This document shows positions 55,644-64,000 of a stretch of 64,000 bases of DNA, piece by piece (the first letter of the stretch is position 1; each line of letters begins with the position of its first letter). The notes beneath the pieces were generated by a model. The model was not told the DNA's origin, did not search any database, and saw only the letters and a program-made list of their open reading frames with translations. The translations under genes and the position numbers were made by a program. The DNA lies in NCBI RefSeq assembly GCF_006345805.1, contig NC_043002.1, positions 6,510,001 to 6,574,000 of the forward strand, written 5' to 3'. This DNA is from Octopus sinensis (lineage: Eukaryota).

Positions 55644-55774
55644 CTGGTACATTTCGTTGGCCAATGTACGCACAGATGGGAGTTTCACGCTATTCTGGGC
55701 ACCCAAGTGATTCTCTTTAAGCGCTCTCCTACATTCAGCCAGAAAGCCTTGCCTTTTCAGAGCCAGTTCTACCG
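55644..55774 (-). CDS. Candidate internal coding exon of an unidentified host gene (131 nt)
   Basis: Minus-strand acceptor TTTTGTTTTATCCTCATCAG| and donor CAG|GTGGGG. Open frame VELALKRQGFLAECRRALKENHLGAQNSVKLPSVRTLANEMYQ; a unique, GC-balanced island amid simple repeats. Confidence 0.5.
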
Positions 55775-55896
55775 CTGATGAGGATAAAACAAAAACAAAA
55801 TGGATAAAAATATTACAAAATAAATAAACAAATGAATAAAATAGCAACAATAATAACACTGAGTATAAAATAGCAGAAATCGGGGAAAAACAGTCT

Positions 55897-57500
55897 GTAG
55901 TGGTGGTGATGTTGGTAGTGTTGGTGATAGTGGTGGTGGTGATGCTGGTAGTGGTGGTGGTGGTGGTGGTGATGCTGGTAGTGGTGGTGGTGATAGTGGT
56001 GGTGGTAGTAGTGGTGGTGATGATGCACGTAGTGGTGGTGGTAGTGGTGGTGGTGGTGGTAGCGGTGGTGATGCAGGTAGTGTTGGTGATGTTGGTAGTG
56101 GTGGTGATGCTAGTAGTGTTGGTTATAGTGATGGTGTTGGTGATACTGGTAGTGGTGGTGGTAGTGGTGGTGGTGGTGGTAGTGGTGGTGAAGCTGGTAG
56201 TGGTGGTGGTGGTGGTGATGTTGGTAGTGTTGGTGATAGTGGTGGTGGTGGTGGTAGTGGTTTATGGTGATAGTGGTGGTAGTGGTGGTGGTAGTGGTGG
56301 TGAAGCTGGTAGTGGTGGTGGTGGTAGTGGTGGTGGTGAAGCTAGTAGTGGTGGTGGTGGTGGCAGTGGTGGTGATTTGTAGTGGTAACAGCGCCTATGT
56401 CGATGGGGCTGATAGCGAATGGGGATGGTATTGGTGGTAAGGCTCTTCATATTAGTGCTAGTGTTGATATTGTTATTGTTCATTTTGCTGTTGTTATTAA
56501 TGTTGTTGTCGGCAGAGGTAGTGGTTGTCGTCGTTGTAGTGGTAGTGGTATTCGGGTAATGATGTTATGTCGGTAGAATGGTTGGGGATGGTTGAGGTGG
56601 CAGTAGCCGTGTCAGTGGATGAGATGCATCTGTTGTTGTTGTTGTTGTAGTGGTATTGATGTAGTTGTTGTTATTGTTGATGTTATTAGTAATGGCGTTG
56701 CCGGGGGGTAGTGATGGCCACGGAGGAACTGGTGCTTCGGCGATATAGGTGTCGCTGTGGTGGTGGCGATGGTGTTGGTGCTTGAGGTTGCGTTACTGGT
56801 ATTAATGGTTGCGATTGATTTGGAAGCTAGTAGCGGAGGCGGGAGTAACTTGGGTGGTTGTGGTGGTGGTGGCGGTGATAATGGTTGGTACAGTAGTACT
56901 GTTGGTATCGGTGATGTTGGTATAAGGTAGTATCGTTATTATTGCTTGTGGTGGAAGTGCTAGTGGCCACCACAGCGAATTTGATGGTGTTCTCCTTCCC
57001 GTTGATAGGTGGTGGTGGTGGTGGTAGTAATTGTTTTGATGTTGGTTGTGTTATGGCGGTAGTGGTGGTGGTGGCGATAAAGGCAATTTTTGGTGGTACA
57101 GACCCTGGTGATGTTGTTAGGTGGATAGGCCAGTGGCGGTGGAGCTGGTGGTGGTGTTTTTGTAGTTGATGTTACTGGTGGTGGTGCTGGTGGTGTTAGT
57201 GGTGGTGATGGTGGTCGTGGTGTTGCTAACGTTATCGTTGGTGGTGGTGGCAGTAGTAGTAGTAGTAGTTTTGGTGGTGGTGCAGTTGTTGGTGTTGATG
57301 GTGGTGCTGGTGGTGGTGCTGGTAGTCGTGGTGTTGCTAATGTTGTTGGTGGTGGTGGTAGTGGTGATGGTAGTAGTAGTAGTTTTGGTGGTGTAGTTGT
57401 TGGTATTGATGGTGGTGCTGGTAGTCGTGGTGTTGCTAATGTTGTTGGTGATGGTAGTCGTGGTGTTGCTAATGTTGTTGTTGGTGGTAGTAGTAGTTTT
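55897..57500. repeat. Degenerate (GGT/GTA/GAT)n low-complexity region
   Basis: Directly visible. Confidence 0.9.
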
Positions 57501-57504
57501 GGTA

Positions 57505-60120
57505 GTGGACAGTGAGCGCTATGGCGACCAGAGGCTCGGCTCGGCTCGGCCGGACTCGGTCCAGCCCACTCCCTACCACCCAGCCTTCCACCAGCCCTAC
57601 CACCCTCCTACCTCCACCATATCCACCCCTCCTATTTCTATTCCATCCACCCCTTCTCCACTTCAGTCTGTTGTTACCATTCCCCCAGATCTTCCCCTCT
57701 CTGTGGCAGAGCACTCCATCCTCAGTAGGGGTCTGCGTTTCATCCCCCTCACTCCATCCTGTAAGGTATTTCAGACTCGTGCCAATATCCAAAGCTTTGT
57801 GCGCCGCGTCAAGTTGTGTGCGCTTTTCCGCGACACTCCACCCTCACCAAACGAGGAGGACTGCTTCACTGACCTGGGCCGCCGACCATCCCAGTGGACG
57901 CCTGCTGCTCCTGGTCAGTTCCAAGCAGTGGATCATTTTGCGGGCGCCTGTCAGCGCGCTTTGAAGCGGTTCAACTTCTCCAGGCGCCACCGTCGTCTCA
58001 ACATCTCCCTAGCCGAACTCTCGGCTCTTCGTTCCCTCCGACGGCGCACTAACATCGTTATTAAACCGGCCGACAAGGGTGGAGCTGTGGTGGTATGGCG
58101 CGTGGACCTCTACAGGGCTGAAACTCTCCACCAACTCCTTGACACCTCCTTCTACTGGCCTCCGTCCTCTGACCCGACGCCCAGCTACCAACAGACGGTC
58201 TCCTCTACCATTCACGACCTCATCTTGTCCTCCCGTTTCCCCCACACCGCATCCAACCTCATTGCCCGAATCCCCCGCACCCCACCATTTACTTTCTCCC
58301 CAAAATCCACAAACCCAAGAACACTGGCCACCCCATCGTCTCCTCCTGTAACTGCCCCACCGAGCTTATCTCCAAATATCTCGACCGTGTCCTTGCCCCT
58401 CTAGTGGCTTCCTTTCCTTCTCACATCCATGACACCAATCATGCTCTTCGTCTTTTCAACTCTTTCTCCTTCCCTCCTGGCTCCTCCAAACTTCTCTTTA
58501 CAATGGACATCCAGAGCCTCTACACTGTGATCCCTCACCACGAGGGGCTGCGTGCACTTAAACACTTCCTGGACCTACGACCCAATCCCCACCCGACACC
58601 TCCACACTCGTTCGTGTGGCCGAACTTGTCCTCTCACTCAACTGCTTCTCGTTCGCGAGCGAGTTCTACCAGCAGATCTCTAGAGAGTGACCATGGGAAC
58701 GAGAATGGGCCCCAACTATGCGAACCTGTTCGTTGGCTATGTTGAGGCCCAAATATTCTCTAGTTTCACTGGTCCCACTCCCGAACTATATGGCCGTTAT
58801 ATTGACGACTGTATCGGTACCACGTCACTCTCCCGCGAATATCTAGACTCCTTCCTCTCTTTCGTCAAATCTTTCCATTCTGCCCGCCACTTCTCTTGCA
58901 CTATCTCTGACACCTCTGTCTCCTTTCTTGACATTTCGGTCAGCATTCATCACTCCACTCTTACCACCTCCATCCACTACAAACATACCACACTCATACC
59001 TAAACTTCTCCTCCTCCCACCCCAAATACACCAAGCTTTCCATCCCCTATTCCCAATTCCTCTGTCTACGCAGGCTCTGTTGTGATGACCATGACTTTGA
59101 GACTCAGTCTCAACTCATGGCTCACCACTTCATCCTATATGGATATCCCCTCACCACTATCAACACCGCCCTTGCCAGAGCACGTTCCATGGACCGTGCG
59201 TCTTCTCTTTCCCCCAAACCCGCCCTGCAGTCTCCCGCCTCCCTTTTCCCCTCACCTACAACCCCACTACCCTACCTCTCCAACTCATCATTCTCTAAGC
59301 TTTTCGGCATCTCCAGTCCGACCCGTCCATTTCACATATCTTCCCTGACCGACCCCTCCCCTCCTTCAAACGAGCCCGCAATCTACAAGACCTCTTGGTC
59401 CACAGCTTCTTCCCCAATCCTACCTCCCAACCTGGCTCGTTCCCCTGCTTCCGACCACGCTGCCGCACTTGCCCTTACCTCTCCAACACCACCCTCCTCA
59501 CCGGCACCCATCATCTACCCTATCGCATCCTCGACTCCTTCACCCGTACCTCCAGCAATATCATCTATTGCATCTCCTGCTCTCTCTGCCATTCCCTGTA
59601 CATCGGACAAACGGGACGCTGCTTGGCTGACCGGTTCGCGGAACAACTCTGAGACATCCGCCTCGGCAATGACAACCCAGTCTCACGCCATTTCCACTCC
59701 ACCGGTCACTCCTTGCAACACCTGTCTGTGTTCGGAATGTCCTTGCACAGAGGCCATCCGGACTCCCGTTTGCGCCGTGAACAGGGATTATTCTTCTCTC
59801 TTCGCTCTTTTCCGCCATTCGGGCTCAACTCTCCTCCCCGACTCCTACTTCTCTTCACTGCTACATCTTTTCATCTCTACTCTCTCTCCTTCTTCTCCCT
59901 TACTCTCTTTCTCTCTGCTCCCTCACTCTCCCTCTCTCCTCTCTCCTCCTCCCTCCTCCTTCTTCCCATCCAACTCTCACTTACATATTCTCTTATACAC
60001 ACACGCACCTTTGTGTTGGGGGCACCTTTGTGTTGGGGGTCATCTTTACCTTGTTATCTCTCCTACTTTCCTCCTCGTGTTTGAACCTTCTGTCCGGCAC
60101 TAGTCGCCATGATAGATTGT
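57505..60120 (+). mobile_element. Decayed Penelope-like retroelement (Neptune-type): RT plus GIY-YIG endonuclease and partial pLTR
   Basis: Across several frameshifts: IVIKPADKGGAVVVW, YFLPKIHK, MDIQSLYTVIPH, MGTRMGPNYANLF, RYIDD, SFLDISV, Cys linker PCFRPRCRTC, and GIY-YIG-like NIIYCISCSLCHSLYIGQTGRCLADRF. Confidence 0.92.
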
Positions 60121-60292
60121 GTATGTTTTTTGACGTCCTGTACCCATATATACATGTGTATATACATATAAATATATACATGTAAATTTCTATATAAATA
60201 AGGATAAGATCGTTATTTTAAATACCGATCAAATCAAGTGGCAGCATGGGGAGAAAACCTTACAGGTTATATTTATTATTAAGAATTATGAA

Positions 60293-60434
60293 TAAGGGTA
60301 TCTAAGAGATACCAACATGCTTGAAGTGGAAATCAAAACCTGTCTCTAAAAACCACATTGAACACTTGATGTAGTTTTTAGAGTCAGATTTTGACTGCTA
60401 TTTCAAGCATGGTAGTATCTCTTAGATAACCTTA
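60293..60434. repeat. Diverged ~140-bp palindrome
   Basis: TAAGGGTATCTAAGAGATAC..CTCTAAAAAC pairs with GTTTTTAGAG..GTATCTCTTAGATAACCTTA. Confidence 0.85.
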
Positions 60435-60569
60435 CATATAATTTTAATATATATGTATGTATGTATGTATGTATGTCTGTCTGTATGTATGTATGCATGC
60501 ATGCATGTATGTATGTATGTATGTATGTATGCATGCATGTATGTATGTATGTACGTATGTATGTACATG

Positions 60570-61090
60570 TCAGGTCACTTTCGAGTGCTACTGGTAACAT
60601 GTAACCCAGTACAACCTGTTGCATGGTCGGGTCGTCGCAACCCCACCAAGCATGCATGATGTGGAGGGTGTTTATTGGACACCCAGCGGGATGAAAAACA
60701 AAACCCGTCAAAGGGCGGAGAAACTCTTGAGAGTCAACGGCCATCCAATAAATGTCTTAAGGCTGTATCATGCGCGGGGACATAGAAATAATCGGATTGA
60801 ATACCCGATCGCGCGGTAAAACCATTGGGAGAGAAGGACACCTAGCCTTTGTTTGGGCATCCTTCTAGGAGAAGGTAACTCAGGTAACTGGGATAACTCC
60901 GACATAAAACCTGCGGCTCAGTGGTTACCGATGATGTTGACTTGTTCTTCTTTTCGGATTATGGCTGCTGTTGCTTAGTGAGTGGGATTGACTCAGTGCA
61001 CAGCCTTTCCTCACTTTATAAAAAATATCTTCTTGCACAGGCATTGCACAATAACGACATTGATTAAGCTTCGTGCAATGGCCATACTCG
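60570..61090 (+). mobile_element. Probable interspersed repeat inserted in (ATGT)n, possibly derived from an RTE-type 5' UTR
   Basis: GC-richer block bounded by (ATGT)n on both sides. GGGCATCC..CTAGGAGAAGGTAACTC..AAACCTGCG resembles RTE leaders as I recall them; not verified. Confidence 0.35.
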
Positions 61091-61749
61091 ATAACGAGGG
61101 GGCAGCCATCATGTGTATGTATGTATGTATGTATGTATGTATGTATGTATGTATATGTGTGGGTGTGTTTTTGTTTGAGCACGCGTTTGCGTATGTGTGT
61201 ATTTTCTGAATGTATATTTTATTCGATTATATACATGTGTGTTTGTGTGCGTGTGTGCGTTTGTGCGTGTGTGTTTGGTGTGTGTGTGTATGTGTTTGTG
61301 CGAATGTATGTGTATGTGTGCGTGTGTGTGCGTGCGCGCGTATATTCTTACTGATTGATATTTAGTATTTCTCTACATCTGGGTATACCCATCATTATAC
61401 ACATCTCAGAATTAATCCTATTCTAAATAGGGGAATAACCCCTGGTTTTCATCCCCCACACATATGCTATCTCATTGGTAATATTTTCCCGTATATTTGA
61501 ATAAGTGCAATTTTTTTTCCAAATAACTGGACTTCAATTTTGAAGCTCCGTCGAAGCCTCAAGGTGTTAATCTGGCATCTAATCTGAGTCCACCGCTTGT
61601 TTATAGCGGAAATAGCTCTGAGCTAATGAAGTTCACAAGGTAATCGTTTGATCTTTTGTCATCTCACTTTCCTTATTACCGCTCTGTACTCGACTGACGC
61701 CTCGTTTGGGAACCTTCGAGTACTGAATTCTACACCAGGTTATAACCTA

Positions 61750-62350
61750 CCTTCAAGTCATTCAAGAAAGTTTGCGATAACTTCCTAGGCAACCATCGTT
61801 CAGAAGACTATGTGCAAGTTGGGAATGATCTGCTGAGTCATTAGCATGATATAGGATGTTTTATGTCTCTAAAAGTTCGTGTGCTTCACTCTCATTTGGA
61901 CTTATTGCGGAAAATCTTGGCACTATGAGTGATGAACATGGCAAAAGATACCATCTGGATATTTCAGCGACGATTCAAAGGAAAATGGAACCCTGCCATG
62001 TTGGCAGACTACTGCTGGGGTATAAAAGAAGAAGATCACACTCCACACAAGAGGGTTAGAAGGGAAAATGTTGTTTAAACTGACAGGTGTGTTTTTAATT
62101 CATAACCAATAAATGTTTTGTTATACCAACTAAATTTTTGTTTTGTTTTCTGTAACTTTCGGCATTTGCAATGTTGTGTTCAATACGCAATATTGTGCAA
62201 TATATTATAAAAAATATGGTTCATGGTACAGGAAAACGGTACCTAATCTGGAGAAGTAAAGGTCAGAATCAGAATTAGGACAATTTTTTTACCCCAAAAC
62301 AAGTCTTAGTTTTCTTGTACTTGTTTTGAACCTGAAATTTGTTGTACAAA
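61750..62350 (+). mobile_element. Decayed CMC (Chapaev3-like) transposase 3' end
   Basis: NFLGNHRSEDYVQ..MSLKVRVLHSHLD..ENLGTMSDEHGKRYHLDI..KGKWNPAMLADYCW with frameshifts. Confidence 0.75.
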
Positions 62351-62384
62351 TAATTTTTAGTATCGCAATGCCTAGGTCAAATAT

Positions 62385-62600
62385 ACAGGGTGTCCCCACC
62401 AAACCTGACATCATTTCATAGGTTTGTAACATAGTCAATTTTCACTCAAATGATCTCAAATTTTAGCAAAATATGTAAAAACTAAGTTTGGATCGGGCAT
62501 TCCCGTGATACTGCTGCTGAAATGGCCACCACGTTCACCTGTCTTGACACCGTGTGACTTTTTTCTAAAGATCTATGTGAAAGGACTGCTAAGAGCAGAT
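62385..62600 (+). mobile_element. Tc1/mariner relic
   Basis: TA-CAGGGTGTCCC terminus and peptide WPPRSPVLTPCDFFL. Confidence 0.7.
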
Positions 62601-63342
62601 TCACTCAACACATGATCTTCATATTTACGTTTTAATCAATTTAATCAATTTATATTCTGGAGTTCTTGCCTATGACTTTCTTTTCAAGAACCGTAATTAA
62701 CTCTAATGATTCTTCCCACTATAGGTGTACATCTTTTTAAAATTTAGTAACAATTATTTCCGTTTTATAACACTAAATATGTGGACATAAATATTTGCCT
62801 TAAATATCTGCCCTTCAAGTAGGATGCATCTACTAGAAATTTTCCAAAGAACAAAAGCATCACGTTTTAGACAAATATTAATATATAGAAACGACGGGTG
62901 GGGCGCTGTCCCACTCAAGCTATTTTCTTCGCAAAAGACATTGATGACTTGAAGGAAAATAAATGGTTTCGAACAGGAAGCGAAACCAAGAAGAAGTTTC
63001 GGTTCGCTGAGAACTACAACCGACATTAGGGCGCCTCCAGCTACAATGGCTATTTTGTTGGCTTTTAAAACTCTAATAACTTTCTGACACCTACCTCCTT
63101 GTTGCTATTAATCCTTATCATCTCTTCCTCTCGTGTGTACATGTGTAAAAATACACACACATACACGCACACGCGCGCATGCACGCACATACACGTTCGA
63201 ATAAGTGTGTGTGTATAATCATATACATATGTAAGTACAATATGTATATGTGTGTATATATATATTGCATAAATATAGATATATACAAATGCATGTATAC
63301 ACACATACTCGCGCACACACATATATGTAGGTACATATATTC

Positions 63343-63375
<33 letters not shown>

Positions 63376-63577
63376 TGTATGTATGTATGGCATATATATA
63401 TGCACACGTATATATAGTATATATAGTATATGTATAGTAAGCGTGTAAATATATATATATATAAATATATATACACGCATACTATACATATACTATATAT
63501 ATGTGTGCATATATATATATGCTAATATATATATATAATATATATATGTGCGTGTTGTATGTATACACACACACCAC

Positions 63578-63622
<45 letters not shown>

Positions 63623-63633
63623 TATATATATAT

Positions 63634-63671
<38 letters not shown>

Positions 63672-64000
63672 GTACGTATATGTGCAAGCAAGTATGTATG
63701 TAGGTATATATATATGTATTTACAAAGAGAGTTGATTGAACAAATTCATTTATTGTATAAATTTATAATCGTTTCACTGTTTATATGAACACCCAAAATA
63801 TTGCTGTACTATTATATAATATATGCAACTTTCTAATGAAGGTGTATCTTTATATCAATACAATGGAATTCTTCGCATTATAGCTGTACGTCTTATTAGA
63901 ATTTTCGTTCTATATGCTATTCAAAATCCTGAAAAGAATAAGTCTGCTAAGCAAGTGAGTCTATAGTTATATATAATATATTATAATATATACTATATAT

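Noticed and set aside
54619-57500. Poly-Val, poly-His, poly-Ser and poly-Ile ORFs
   Set aside because: Trinucleotide microsatellite translations.
58928-60103. 391-aa Ser/Pro-rich ORF as a separate protein
   Set aside because: Mostly out-of-frame reading of the C-rich PLE; only a short part is in the RT frame.
60570-60660. HDV-like ribozyme at the start of the RTE-like block
   Set aside because: Only simple hairpins found; I could not build the nested double pseudoknot.

Overview
AT-rich, microsatellite-saturated animal genomic DNA. The SINE and repeat content looks like a cephalopod (Octopus-like) genome, which is an inference. It contains one 100-N scaffold gap and no intact gene: nearly all ORFs in the supplied track are translations of simple repeats. 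Recognisable elements are a 5'-truncated CR1-group LINE, a decayed Penelope-like (Neptune-type) retroelement, many tRNA-derived SINEs of four families, a non-autonomous Helitron, Tc1/mariner, hAT and Chapaev3-like relics, a probable solo LTR and one or two candidate host exons. The most interesting signal is a set of hammerhead-ribozyme-like motifs. One is a near-perfect ~550-bp tandem array at 5735-7213 with one non-canonical type I hammerhead per unit (retrozyme/pLTR-like). Five dispersed minimal hammerheads also occur, four of them in a repeat family that links by sequence to the Penelope-like element. Several fold-back palindromes beside microsatellites are present, two sharing a motif with the tandem unit.
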